DNA from: Raja brachyura
Lineage: Eukaryota
DNA length: 64,000 bases
Direction of reading: 5' to 3'
Assembly: GCA_963514005.1 (NCBI GenBank)
Contig: OY740809.1
Coordinates: 14,942,001-15,006,000, forward strand
The notes beneath the pieces were generated by a model. It was not told the origin of the DNA. It did not search any database and saw nothing but the letters and a program-made list of their open reading frames with translations. The position numbers were made by a program, and so were the translations under genes. Shown here piece by piece: positions 24,325 through 36,960 of the stretch. The stretch's first letter is position 1. Each line of letters begins with the position of its first letter.

Positions 24325-25711
24325 TAAAATCTCCAGGATCGGACAAAGTTTCCCCCTCTACCCTCAAGCTCTGTGCCGAACTGGCATCAGTCTACACAGA
24401 CATTTTCAATTGGTCCCTGCAAACCTGCACTGTCCCAGCCTGCTTCAAAGTCTCCACTATTGTTCCTGTACCCTCAAGCCAAGGATTACTGTTCTTAATG
24501 ACTAACAGGCCTGTTGTGCTGACCTCTGTAATCATGAAGACCCTTGAAAGACTTGAAAAATATCACAAACCCCTTGCTGGACCCCCTGCAGTTTGCATAC
24601 TGGGCCAATAGATCAGTGGATGATGCAGTCAACATAGGCCTGCATCTTCCATCTTCCATCACCTAGACAGCTAGGGGACCTATGCAACTATTTTGTTTGT
24701 GGATTTTAGCTTTGCATTCAACACCATTGTGCTACTGCACTCCGAAGTCTCCCAGTTGACTGTGCCTGAACCCCTCTGTCAGTGGATCACCAACTTCCTG
24801 ACAGACAGGAAGCAGCATGTGAGGCTGGGAAAACACATCTCGTACCCGCTGACCCTGCATAGGAGCACCGCTAGGCTGCGTACTCTCCCCTCTCATTTAC
24901 TCTCTCTACACCAACGACTGCACCTCCACAGACTCCTCTGTCAAGCTTCTCAAGTTCATCGCAACAACCTGGAGCTCAATGCTCTTAAGAAAGTGAAATT
25001 GATTGTAGATTTTGGAGAGCTCCCTCTCCCCTCCCCTCACTCACCATCAACAACACCACAGTCACATCTGTGGAGTCATTTAGGTTCCTTGGAACCATCA
25101 TCTCCAGGGACCTTAAATGGGAGGTCACCATCAACTTCACAGCCAAAATAGCCCAACAGAGGATGTACTTCCTGCGGCAGCTGAGAAAACACAATCTGCC
25201 GCAGGCAATGATGGTCCAGTTTTATACTGCCATCAAAGAGTGTCCTCACCTTCTCCATCATGGTCTGGTTTGGCTTAGCCACCAAGCATTTCATCCGGAG
25301 ACTGCAGCGCATTGTTTGATCAGCTGAGAAGGTTGTTGGCTGCAACCTTCCCCCCATCGACGAACTGTACACTGCAAGGGCCAGGAAGCAAGTGGGTAAG
25401 ATCATCTCTGACCCCTCTCACCCTGGCCACAAAATCTTTGAAGCACTTCCCTCTGGAAGGCGAGTCTGGACTACCAAAGTCACCACAGCCAGATATAAAA
25501 ACAGCTTTTCTCCACGATCAGTACCTCTACTCAACAGCCAAAAGTCTGTAGCCTCCTTTTGCTCTGGTATTTTATTTCATTCTTCACGTTTCAATTATAA
25601 TGTATAATTTTTAATTATCTACTGTATATCATGTTGTTACTTGCGAGCAAAGCACCAAGGAAAATTCTTTGTTTGTGTACATACTTGACTAATAAAATGT
25701 ATTCAATTCAA
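24325..25711 (+). mobile_element. Rex1/Babar LINE, 5'-truncated and degenerate
   Basis: VPACFKVSTIVPVP, LDPLQFAY..RSVDDAV, FVDFSFAFNTI, FRFLGTIISRDLKW..QQRMYFLRQLRK, SDPSHPGH.IFE.LPSGRR; aataaa followed by an (attca)n tail. Confidence 0.85.
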
Positions 25712-25900
25712 TGAACTTTGCCTCAATGTTGAGAGCAGATGGGTCTTGGTTTCACACTTCATCTGAAAGATGACACCTCTGACAGTACAGCACTCTCTCA
25801 CGACTGCACTGAGATGTCAGCCTAGATTTATTTTTGTGTTCACTGTCTGGAGTGTGACTGAAACTCGCAGCTTTTGAAATGTTGCTCTGAATTCAAAGTG
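25712..25900 (-). mobile_element. Deu-domain SINE (SacSINE1/AmnSINE-like) 5' half; other half probably ~24130-24324
   Basis: tcatctgaaagatgacacctctgacagtacagcactctctcacgactgcactgagatgtcagcctagatt is the reverse complement of the recalled Deu core. Confidence 0.65.
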
Positions 25901-26289
25901 ACTCCCATGGTTGATATTATTTTTAAGTCATTATAGATTTCAAAATAACTAATTTGTCCGGTTCAGTGGTTGCGTCTTCAATTCATTCAGTTTTTAAGAT
26001 TTCTAGCTGACTTTATAAATTGAATACCCTGCGGTTACAAAAGGCATATTTTTATTCATATCATGACTTCTTTATTTGCTGGAGCATGACATTGTTTCTT
26101 TGCCCTGTGAGGTGGCTGATTCATAGCATTCATTTAAAATTGGTGCATACCATGCCACTGTGACTACAGTGATGCCTCCCACTGCTTTTTGCCACATCTC
26201 ATAAAAAACATGTTTAGTTACCCAGGACTGAGTTATTTTTGAATGAGCCATTACTGTATTTCCATGTTACCATGCAGGCAAGGAGCATC

Positions 26290-26530
26290 GATACTATTTA
26301 GTTTTGGCGGATGCAAAGACGACAACCAAGTTTTCCGAACTGATTTATTAACGCAATAGCTCCTTGGCATACAGGTCTCTGCAAACTGCAACTGTGGCGC
26401 GAAAACAGCAGCTCCTCCCGAGTCACGTGACCGCGGCTTCCGAATGCCGGGTTCGATACCTGCGTGTGCCAGCAGGCGCCGCTACATAGTTCCTTTTCAA
26501 ATGGAGCGTGATGGGTTGACGAGTGAGCTG
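26290..26530. promoter_or_regulatory. CpG-rich non-repeat island, candidate regulatory element
   Basis: Many CpGs on a CpG-poor background; TGATTTAT (26341), palindromic GTCACGTGAC (26422-26431), B-box-like GGTTCGATACC (26450-26460). Confidence 0.35.
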
Positions 26531-27013
26531 CAATTTTGTGTCCAATTAAAAAATACACAACCCTTGTGGATCAATGATGTTTCTGTATGTTACAATTACA
26601 TGGATCATACTCAAACTCAATTTGCTACATGTTCCAAACATATTTCATATATTTTGTAATATGTTGACAAAATTATCCTCTTTTGGGATTACATCTGTGT
26701 GTTCCATGTCTTGGATGCATTTGGAAATGCATTAAATTAATAACAATGCCTAGACTAAGGACACAACATTGTTTAATATTTGAGTAGTTCACCCAGACCC
26801 AGGATAGCCAGTGCACTGTCATCTTCTTCTTAGCCGTTCCCTTCACACATTGGCACTGAAACCATTGGATCATATACAGCTCTGGGCCATACTTTTATGT
26901 TTTACGTTCACAAGGAACAAACAGTGGAGTTTGCTTCTGTGAATGTGAAACAGTTCTGAACTTTCTTACTTTATGATAGGGAGGCAGGCCAATTACCCTT
27001 CAGGTTTATACTC

Positions 27014-27292
27014 AGGGCGACACAGTAGCCTAGCGGTAGAGTTGCTGTCTTGCAGTGCCAGGGACCCGCATTTTTCCTGACGGTCTGTACAGTGTTTGTG
27101 CGTTCTCCCTGTGTCTGACTGGGTTTTCTCTGGATGCTTCGTTATCCTCACACATTTCAAAGATGTGCTGGTTTCCAGGTTAATTGGCTTCTGTAAATTG
27201 TCCCGAGTGTGTAGAATAGAACGAGTGTATAGGTGATCGTTCATCGACGTGGGCTGAGGGGCCTGTTTCCCTCTGTATCTTTAAACTAAAGT
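27014..27292 (+). mobile_element. V-SINE
   Basis: gggcgacacagtagcctagcggtagagttgctg head through ctaaa tail. Confidence 0.75.
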
Positions 27293-27675
27293 AAACATAG
27301 AATATAAAACAGTACAGCACAAGAACAGGCCTTTCTGCCCACAATGTAGGTGCCAAACATGATGCCAAGACCATTACTTATCTACCTGCTCTTTACCCAT
27401 ATCCCTTCATTCCCTGCATATCCACATATTCATCCCTATGTCTTTCCATAAGTATTTTAAATGCCACAAACCTACCTGCTTCAACCACCATTCCCAGCAG
27501 CATGGTCCAGGCATTCACCACCCTCTGTGTAAAACCACTTGCCTCGCACATCTCCTCTAAACTTTCCTCCTTTCACATTAAAGCTATGCTTTCTAGTATT
27601 TCACTTTTTCCATCCTGGGAATAAGATCCTGACTATGCTTCTCATAATGTTATGTACTTCTATCAGGTCTCCAAG
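27293..27675 (-). mobile_element. CR1 3' end
   Basis: CR1 3' UTR and ORF2 C-terminal remnants, as in the other copies. Confidence 0.65.
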
Positions 27676-27923
27676 CATATTCTGGCAAATCTACTGCTGC
27701 TCTACAATATATTGTATATTCTTGAATGCCTATATACAATATGTATATGGATTTTATAATGTTAACATTTAAAGCTTTAGATATTTTAGTTTAACTTTAT
27801 ATTTTGGCAGATGTTCCATCAATGCTTGATTATTTTATATCTTTGAGATTAAAGATTTAATCTATTTACAAACATATGATTCAATGATTTAAGAGCAAGA
27901 GTGGGACACTTGGAAATATTATC

Positions 27924-28119
27924 TGTTAAAGAAGGAACTGCAGATGCTGGAAAATCGAGGGTACACAAAATGCTGGAGAAACTCAGCGGGCGCAGCAGCA
28001 TCTATGGAGCGAAGGAGATAGGAAACCCTTCTGAAGAACCCTTCCGAAATCAGTCTGAGGAAGGGTTTCGGCCTGAAACGTTGCCTATCTCCTTCACTCC
28101 ATAGATGCTGCTGCACCCG
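27924..28119. mobile_element. Palindromic Penelope terminal-repeat insertion
   Basis: Inverted arms cgggcgcagcagcatctatggagcgaaggagatagg / cctatctccttcactccatagatgctgctgcacccg; plus-strand core ctgaggaagggtttcggcctgaaacgtt. Confidence 0.8.
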
Positions 28120-28731
28120 TCATAGAGTCATAGAGTCATACCGCATGGAAATGGGCCCTTTGGCCCAGCTTGCCCACACCGACCAAAGTGTCCTACCTAC
28201 ACTCGTCCCACCTGCCCACATTTGGCCCATATCCCTCTAAACCGTTCCTATCTATGCACCTGTTCAAATGTCTTTTAAATGGTGTTATAGCTTCTGCCTC
28301 AACCACTACCTTACAACCTTAATGCACCGGTTGTAGTATATGTTATTCCTGTTGCCTTTCTCTTCTTTCTCAATGCTTGTTTTTAGTAGTTTTTTTTATT
28401 TTTTAGTACTGTCATTCTTTCCTCTCCACCTTTGTATATTCCCTTTTATTGATATTGTTTCCCTCGTCGCTCTCTCATTTCTTAGTAGAATTTCCTTTTG
28501 TTTCTTTTTTCACTTTCTATAAACCAAAAAGTCATCTATTGTTTTTCTCTTCAAAGGCAAATTTAACATTTCACAATTTTTCCACGTCAATTTAAGGCAT
28601 TTCATTTTACTTATTTCTGCCTTTCACTTTTGTGTTCTGCTGATCTTTTTTTTAATCCCTTCTTTACTTTACACCAGTATTGCTTTGTACCTTTATTCAT
28701 TTTAAGCCTCTGCCTATTTTTAATGCATGTT

Positions 28732-28736
<5 letters not shown>

Positions 28737-28782
<46 letters not shown>
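28737..28782. repeat. (TA)n microsatellite
   Basis: About 23 TA units. Confidence 0.95.
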
Positions 28783-28785
<3 letters not shown>

Positions 28786-29573
28786 GAGGGCTTTCTGGAG
28801 CGCTAGTATGTGTGTTGTGGGTGAAAGGGACTGGTTTCCAGAGGGCTAGTATCGACATTGTGGGCCGAATGGATTATTGGGCTGGCAGCTTAGTCACTCT
28901 GGCCAGGCAGCTCAGTCACTCTGGCCAGGCAGCTCAGTCATTCTGGCCAGGCAGCATTTTGAACCAATAGACACATTTTTTGCAAGCATTTTAGAACCAA
29001 TAGAGACACTTTCTACAAGCATTTTAGAACCAATAGATACCTTCTGCATTTAAGAACCAATAGACACTTTTTGCAAGCATTTTAGAACCAATAAAGACAC
29101 TTTTTGCAAGCATTTTAGAACCAATAGACACTTTCTGCAAGCATTTTAGAAACAAATAGACACTTTGTGCAAGCATTTTAGAACCAATAGATATACTTTT
29201 TGCAAGCATTTATAGAACCACATTAAGGGCACTCACAGTTGAGTAGACATGTGTTCAGTGCTATTCCGAACTCAGAGAGACGTGACCCTCTGGCTTCCTC
29301 CATCTTGCAGAGACTGAGTGAAGCAAACCACTTCCTGGTTTTATAGTCCCTCCCCGTCCCTCCAGCAGGGGCAGCAGAGAGAATGGCAATTAAAAAAAAT
29401 ATATTAATATCTCTCTGATTTTTCATCAATGGGAAAAATCCTCTGGTCCAAGAAGGTGGAGGAGGGCTCTGAGCGAGCTGGCCAAACATAACGGCCGTAA
29501 GTGGTGGCGTTCTCTCGGAAATCACACCACAGTGAGCCAAAAACGGTCAAGATCAAACTTTTAATAATATAGA
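28783..29573 (-). mobile_element. Non-autonomous Helitron, 3' end missing
   Basis: Minus-strand 5' end A|TCTATATTATTAAAAGTTTGATCTTGAC resembles the 49462 end. Internal 22-bp (x~3) and ~30-bp (x~8) tandem arrays. Confidence 0.7.
28955..29221. repeat. ~30-bp minisatellite (gcaagcattttagaaccaatagacactttt)
   Basis: About 8-9 tandem units read directly from the sequence. Confidence 0.9.
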
Positions 29574-30983
29574 TTAGCAGTTTTAAAAGCGATAGTTTAG
29601 ATGGAAGACTAACTTTGGCTGTAACTATTAAAATTGACTGAACAACAGATAATTTTAATCTCCAAAAGTTTTGTCATTACATTTAAAAGATACTGAATGC
29701 TTAGATTTTAAGCAGAAACCAAAATCACTCAACTGAGTGAAAAATATCTAATATCAATGTCATCCAGGAAAGAAGGTAATTTTTTGTATCTATCCATATT
29801 TCTCTGCAATGGAAGGAACAATGTTCACTATTTAATAATTCTCATTTATGATGGGTATGGATTGAAAAATCATAGCCTATCTTCATGTAACTAGTCCACT
29901 GTGCACCACGTGTTGAGATGTGCCATTTTTGGATGCTGGTTACAGGCAAGTGAGATTTTGTATGGAATATTTTTTTATGTTGAAATTTGTTTCTGATCAT
30001 TGCAGCAATGGTTTAGTTTTAATAATGGGCTGCTGCTTAGTGGTGAGTATGGGCCTTATTGGGGATGGAGATCTTCCGCTTCTTGTGCAAAAAGTGCATT
30101 GTACTCTTCTTCCAAAATTTGTCCCATACTTACTGGAACTCACAAAGTTTGCACAAAGAGTACAATCTGACATTAAAACCATATATGCATATTTAGTACA
30201 TGTGAGTAAGGGTAAATTTCTACCACTTAACTACGTAGGGCTGTTTTTCTCACATCAGGATGAAATTTGTTCATTGGACTTACGCTTGCTAGGATTCCCA
30301 GAAAAGAAGTATAAATTGGCAGGTATCTACACCACTAGAGATTTACGTGAAACTTCAGATTAGAAATTGATTGCTAACACTAAGGATACAACATAATGCC
30401 AGCTGCACATTGCCATCCACTTTTTAAATATGTTTTCAATGACTGAACCACATTTTGTAAGCAGATACAATGTACAGGTTCTAATGTGTTATATGTTTAG
30501 AACTAGTGAGGGGTGTAAGATTGCAACCTGTTTCGATGAATGCAATCAACCCGTGCACAATCAAATAAAATCAAATAGAACAATTTGTCCCACAACTTTA
30601 GGCTGTGCACGCCATACGCAAGAAGAAGAAGAACTAGTGAAATATGATGAATCACAATTTGCTCTCCTTTCGTGGGAATGGGCAATGGAATTTGCGGAAA
30701 TAACTCAAACACATTTGCAACTACCCATAGTTTAATTTGCATTCTGACTTACAAGGGCGGAATGCTGCACCCAGATTATGATGTCAGATTGATGTTGGGC
30801 TGCAAGATTCAAAGGTTCTGGGGTATACCCTTCCAATGTGTTGTGCAGAACTGAGCCAGTAGTTCTGGTTTTGAAATACCAGAAAGCTTTCTTCTGCGGT
30901 CTGCATCCACTGTGGAGGCGCGAGTGAAACTGAGATGGGCGGTGATTTACATGTGGAAAATATCAGTGGAGGGCATATTGAAG

Positions 30984-31196
30984 ATTGACACACAGTGCTG
31001 CAGTAACTCAGCGGGACAGACAGCTCTCTGGAGAGGAGGAATGGCTGATGTTTCGGATCGAGTCAGAGACTGAAGAAGGGTCTTGACCCAAAACGTCACC
31101 CATTCTTCTCTCCAGAGACGTTGCCTGTCCTGCTGAGTTACTCCAGCACTTTGTGTCTATCTTTAGTTTAAACCAGTATCTGCAGTTCCTTCCTAT
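30984..31196. mobile_element. Palindromic Penelope terminal-repeat insertion
   Basis: Inverted arms; TSD gcatattgaag / gcatactgaag (30973-30983, 31197-31207). Confidence 0.8.
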
Positions 31197-31649
31197 GCAT
31201 ACTGAAGTTTGATAGGCTAGGAAGTATCTTAAAATATTTGCTCATTGTTCCTTCTCTGTTATTCATTTAGTTTGTAGCTAAACCATTTTGCTGCTTTAAT
31301 GCTGTAATTACTGAACTCCCTAAAGAATGAAAAATCTATTTCCCTTCATTCATTATGACAGAAAAATAAATAATAGGGAGCACATGGAAGATCGGGCAAG
31401 TAGGTGGAGGTTTGAGTTAAGATGCATTTTGTGTCATTTTCTTTGCTAAAACAGCCTCTGCAATTTCTTGTTATTAAAACTTGAGTATGGATCACTCAGA
31501 AACATTTTTGAAGATAATTACAATTGAATCATAGATTATCAAGTCAGAACCAGATCATGAAGGGAAATGTTTCCGCATTAATCCAAAATTATTGATTGTT
31601 CATTTTGCCTAGCAACAGCTGAAACACCAGCACGTTAGTTATGGAGAGT

Positions 31650-32318
31650 TAGTTAGGGTGGTCAAGAAGACTTTCAGCGCATTGTCCTTCATCAGTCAGA
31701 GTATTGAGTATAGAAGTTAGAAGGTCATGTTCCTGTTGTACAAGACATTGGTAAGACCACTTTTAGAGTATTGTGTTCAGTTTTGCTCACCTTATTATTG
31801 GAATGATGCCGTCAAGCTGGAAAGGGTGCGGAGAAACTATATGAGGATGTTGCCAGGACTCGAGTGCCTGAGCTATAGGTAGAGTTTGAGCAGGCAACGA
31901 CTTTGTTCCTCAGAGCGCAGGAGAAAGAGGGATGATCTTATAGAGGAGTACAAAATCATAAGAGGAATAGATCAGATATATGCCCAGTCTTTTGCCCAGA
32001 GATCACAAACCAGTGGACATAGGTTTAAGGTGAGGGGAGGGGGGGGGGGGGGGGGGTAGGAAAGAGTTAATAGGAACCTGAGGAGTAATTTGTTTTATAG
32101 AAAGGGCAGTGGGTATATGGAATGAGCTCCTGGAGGAGGTAGTTGAGCAAGGTACTATCATAACATTTAAGAGACATGTGGACAGGAACATGGATAGGAT
32201 AGGTTTAGAGGGATATGGGACAAGCGTAAGCAGGTGGGACTGGTATAGATGGGGCATGTTGATCGGTGTGGGCAAGTTGGGCCACAGGATCTGCTTCTGC
32301 GCTATATGAGTCTATGAG
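31650..32318 (+). mobile_element. CR1 3' fragment
   Basis: LYKTLVRPLLEYCVQF, WNELLEEVVE and a CR1 3' UTR. Confidence 0.75.
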
Positions 32319-32556
32319 CTGTTATTTTTTCCATTGAGAGGAGAGAATCAGATATGTTTTGTCAACACAGATCACATGTTGTGTTAAATTATAAAGTGAA
32401 ATTATGCCGAGTGTGTATGTGGTTTAAATAATTTATTGAAGTAAGCAATGCTCTCCTTATTTAGATAGTTAAAACAAAGCAATTAAGTCAAGCAGTTGAC
32501 CTTTCTAACTGGTTGTTTCTCTACCTGTGTGTGAGATTCAACAAGAACAAAATACT

Positions 32557-32721
32557 TTGTTTAAGAAGGAACTGCAGATGCTGGAAAATCGAAGGTCGAC
32601 AAAAGTGTTGGAGAAACTCAACATCTATGGAGCGAAGGAAATAGGCAACGTTTTGGGACGAAACGCTTCTTCACTCCACAGATGCTACCGCACCCGCTGA
32701 GTTTCTCCAGCACTTTTGTCT
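32557..32721. mobile_element. Palindromic Penelope terminal-repeat insertion
   Basis: 14-bp TSD aagaacaaaatact (32543-32556, 32722-32735); inverted arms. Confidence 0.8.
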
Positions 32722-35242
32722 AAGAACAAAATACTGTTGTATAGAAGAATTATGCCAGAACTCCTCCAATGGAAATCTGTTGGCGTAAAACATCTATCCC
32801 ATAGGCCAATGATTGGAAATCTTATTATTTTTCTTCTTATATTGCTGTTATAGTGCAATTTACCATATGAAAGCTTCTAATTTTGAAAATAATAAAGACA
32901 AATAATTTTGGTGGGTTATATCGAGGCAAGACACAATGTTGAAAGGCCAGTTCTTGAAAAATAATTGAACTGCGTCCAGTTCTTGGAATTTTGATACTAT
33001 TAACAAACTAAATATATTATTCAAGATGTGCAATGGGATGTTTTATGATCTAGGCATCCAGCTGATGGAAAAAGGAATGTGTGAATATAAAATTAAATGT
33101 CAAAGCCGAGATTTAAAAATTCAAGATCAACGAGGGAAAAGCTAGCCTTTGGACTTTCACACATGAAATGTCAAAGTGATAGAGAGGCATGCTGGTGATG
33201 TGAAATGCTTGGAATAGTCAATAGGAAAGAAAAGTATATGAATAAAACAATCATACTTCATCCAAAAAAATCATAATTGATAACATGCTTTCTTTTGTGA
33301 GCTGAACTATATAAAGAACATTAGTGGAATAAATAAGATCAAAGACCCTAGCCAGTTGATTAGTGGTGTGGCTGAAGCAATGGAGATGATATATACGTGA
33401 GAATTGGTTGCCACACTAAATCGACAAATAAGTTTATGAATGGGCATTTTCCATTTCAAACTTGGATTGCGATTTGCAGAGAAATCCTGTCAGTTCCAAA
33501 TGCCATTGCTGACCCCCCCCCAACACTCTGGCTCCCCACTGCATCATGTACATCTCCCCATTGAAGGGCAGGGAGGAGGTTTACATGGGGGTTGCACCAA
33601 AAGCAAGTGAGGATTTGGCATACAATTTAATAATAATCCTGGGGTTCATTTATTCACCTTTCCCTCACATTAACTTTCTCTATACTTTTGGGTAAGTATT
33701 TCCCTGATTGTCCACTACAGAACCCATTGAATTAAGAAGCCAAATTATACACCAGATGTCAGTGTGGAATTTGTGTAACACATTAGGACTTTTGTCTTCA
33801 AAATTACATCTAGGACTATTGCAATGTTTCAGAAACAATTAGACAGGTACATGGATAGGATAGGATTTGAGGGATATGGGTCAATCGCAGGTAGGTGGAA
33901 CTAGTGTAGATGGGGCATGTTGATCGGTGTGGGTAAGATGGGCTGAAGGGCCTGTTCCCACATTGTATGAGTCTGTGAACTTTCAGGAGAAGCTAGTAAT
34001 GCAGGCACAGCATTGTATTTGATTAAAGAGAATGAGAATGAGAAGGGGAAAGGGTGTGTTCCGATTTCTTCAGAAATATTGTGTGAGCATTGGTCAATGG
34101 CCTGTCACTGGAAATCTGCCTTTAATCTCACATAGTTTCATAGGAAATTGATGACCTTCCTTGGTGGCTTCTTGGTTGTTGCTCTTGACAATAATCAATG
34201 ACCTCACAAGACAACAATGGCCATTTCAACCCCTTCCCTTTGTGGACCAATATACACTTTATTTCCCACGAGGAATACGTCCATGATAGATATACACACA
34301 CAAGGCAAATGGTGAGGGAAAGCAATGTGGCAGTAACAGCTTGCTATTAATAACAGGAGAGGCATGAATTATGGAGTTTAACCATGATAGTGGCTTCTTG
34401 GGGATTGTTATGTAAAATAGCAAGTTAGAATGTATTGCAAAATACCTAGTGAGAATGTGAGATGCGCAGGTTTGTAGGTTAATTGACTTCTGCAAATTAT
34501 CCCCAGTGTCTAGCATGCAACTAATGTATGGGGATTGTTTGTAACTAAGAACTCAATCGGCTGAAGGGTCTGTTTCCACACTGCATCTCTAAACTTGCAT
34601 CATTGGGTTTGCACTGCAGCAGTGCTGTCTATTTCTGGCAGACAGTAGGAGCTGATGTGTCTTTAATTTTGGAAATGTGAACTTCAAGGTAGGAGTTAGA
34701 AAAAAGGGGCGTTACTTCACATTGACATCTGCTGCATTATTTGGCTTCTTAATTCAATGAGTTCTGTTGTGGACAATCAGGGAAATAATAATAAGATTAA
34801 ACGACAACTTACCTGTTCGAAGTTTGATCTTTATTTTATGAGGAGTTACGATGAGGGATTACGTGAAGAAGTCCCGCCTGGCACATGATCGGCATACTTC
34901 AAAGCAGCGGCATGAAAAACACAGAACCAATAGCCGGAGTAAGATAGTAAGGCTCACATAGTCTAGAACTACCAGATGATCATTTATATTATGAGGGTTG
35001 GGAGCGGAAGGCACATAATCCCTCATCGTAACTCCTCATAAAATAAAAGATCAAACTTCAAACAGGTAAGTTCTCATTTAATCTTACTATTTTACTTGGG
35101 AGTCACGTGAGTGACTACGTGAAGATTTTAAAGCTCTGTGTTTTTTATGTCGTAGATTCATTCCATACGACACTCTTAGTCAATACAGTAGTGAGTAAAT
35201 AATATATTTTTTAAAACATTGTTTCAATTTATGTAATGTCTT

Positions 35243-35950
35243 TTAATCTTGCGCTATTTTCCTGACACAATGCCCAATCAGACAGAATGGGGGAAAAGCA
35301 TAAAAGAACATATTCCCCCAATGTAGTGAGAAAGCATCCACCGCTACTGCTCCTGGATTGTGTTCCCATGACACGTATTTGGGCAATTGGTGATTTAATC
35401 TAGATGCAAACAGATCAATGTCCGGTAATCCATACCGACTGACAATATTTTTGAAAACTTGTGGATTTAACATCCATTCTGTACTGTCTTTAAATTTTCG
35501 TGATCTTTTGTCTGCCAAAATATTGTCTCTCCCTGGGAGATAAATAGCTGAAAGCCAAATATTCTTACCAATACACCAATGCCACATCTGGTTTGCCAGA
35601 TGATCACATGATAATGATCTTACTCCACCCATGTGATTGATATATGCCACAGCTGTGGTATTGTCTACTTGTACTTGGACATGCAAATCCTTCATAGTAG
35701 AACAATAAGCTTTTAATCCATAAAATGCCCCCAGTAACTCCAAATAATTTATACCATATGTTTGGAGAAACAAATCCTCTTGGACAGTCCATCTGCCCCC
35801 ACAGCTGGTATTATTATCCGTAGCACCCCATCCGAGAGCACTGGCATCAGTTTGCAAAATCACTGCTGGCTGCTGAACTAACATGTTTTTAACAGCTTGT
35901 GGAACATTCTCAATCCACCAATGTAATTCTGATAAAACTTCCTTTGGCAA
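35243..35950 (-). pseudogene. DIRS RNase H plus N6-adenine methyltransferase-like domain (truncated)
   Basis: RNase H motifs TDAS..GWGA, INYLEL, VDNTTAVAYIN, NILAD; MT motifs DIDLFAS, DAFSLHW, YAFPPF. Confidence 0.85.
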
Positions 35951-36061
35951 TTACATGGGCCTATCAAAATGACCTACTCGCTCTATAAGCGCTTGTGTTT
36001 TTGCCCTTTGGAGATTTTGGTAATGCAGTGGACCAAATTCTACTGCAGGAAATGCTGCTAC

Positions 36062-36960
36062 TCACTTACCAATAACCTTAGCAACTTCTCGGATGGAGGG
36101 ATAAGGTTTGTGAATAAGGCACCGACATACATTTGTAATATCAACAACCTTGTTTATTGGTAAAGTTACTAACATGGTAACTGAATTAATCACAAACCCC
36201 AAATATTCAATACTTTGGGATGGCTGTAGCTTAGATTTTGTTGGCTGGATCAGGAAACCTAGCCTTTCAAACAGACTTGTAGTTGCTGAAACTGATTTTT
36301 CAGCTGACTCCTGATTAGCATTGACAATTAAAATGATATCTAGATAAGCCATAACGATGTGTTTTTGTGCCCTTAGCAGTGCAAGTGCTGGTTTCAACAA
36401 TTTTGTGAACAGCCTAGGAGCTGAGCTTAATCCATCAGGTAATGCTTTGTATTGCCACAGCTGTCCCATCCAATTAAATTTCAAATATCTGCAAAAGTGA
36501 CGATGAATTGGTACTGAATAATATGCATCCTTCAAATCTATTGTAGCCATGTAACAATCTGTCGATACCAGCTGTATTGCAGTGTTGAAGGTATCCATTT
36601 TGAAATGTTTATATTGGACAAAAGTATTAAAATGTGTGAGGTCCAAAATTATTCTACAACCCCCATCTTTCTTGGGTCTGGGGAAAATATTTGATACAAA
36701 TTGTTGTGGATCCACAACTGATTTCTCAATAACTCCTTTTTTAAACAAATTCTTAACCTCTTTATTATTTGAGATTTTTCAAATGCAGAAAACACCAAAT
36801 TACGATTAGGTTTATTCTGTCCCTGTGGATCAATACCTTCTACAAATTCAATGGTAGATCCTAAAACAGTATTTAATATAACCCGGTCAGATGTTATACA
36901 GTCCCATTCATCATAAAACATTTGTAATCTACCACCAATCTGAGGTTCATCCAAAGATTT
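36062..36960 (-). pseudogene. DIRS reverse transcriptase (frameshifted; YLDD mutated to YLDI)
   Basis: GGRLQMF..W..ITSD (pol start), PKKDGGCRIILDL, IDLKDAYYSVPI, LPDGLSSAPRLFTK, AYLDI, YLGFVIN. Confidence 0.88.

Noticed and set aside
28955-29221. ~30-bp regular repeats resembling a CRISPR array
   Set aside because: The units are head-to-tail with no unique spacers, lie inside a Helitron in eukaryotic DNA, and no cas genes are present.
29920-30735. 147-aa and 101-aa ORFs in unique sequence
   Set aside because: No recognisable domain or convincing splice sites; the lengths are compatible with chance.
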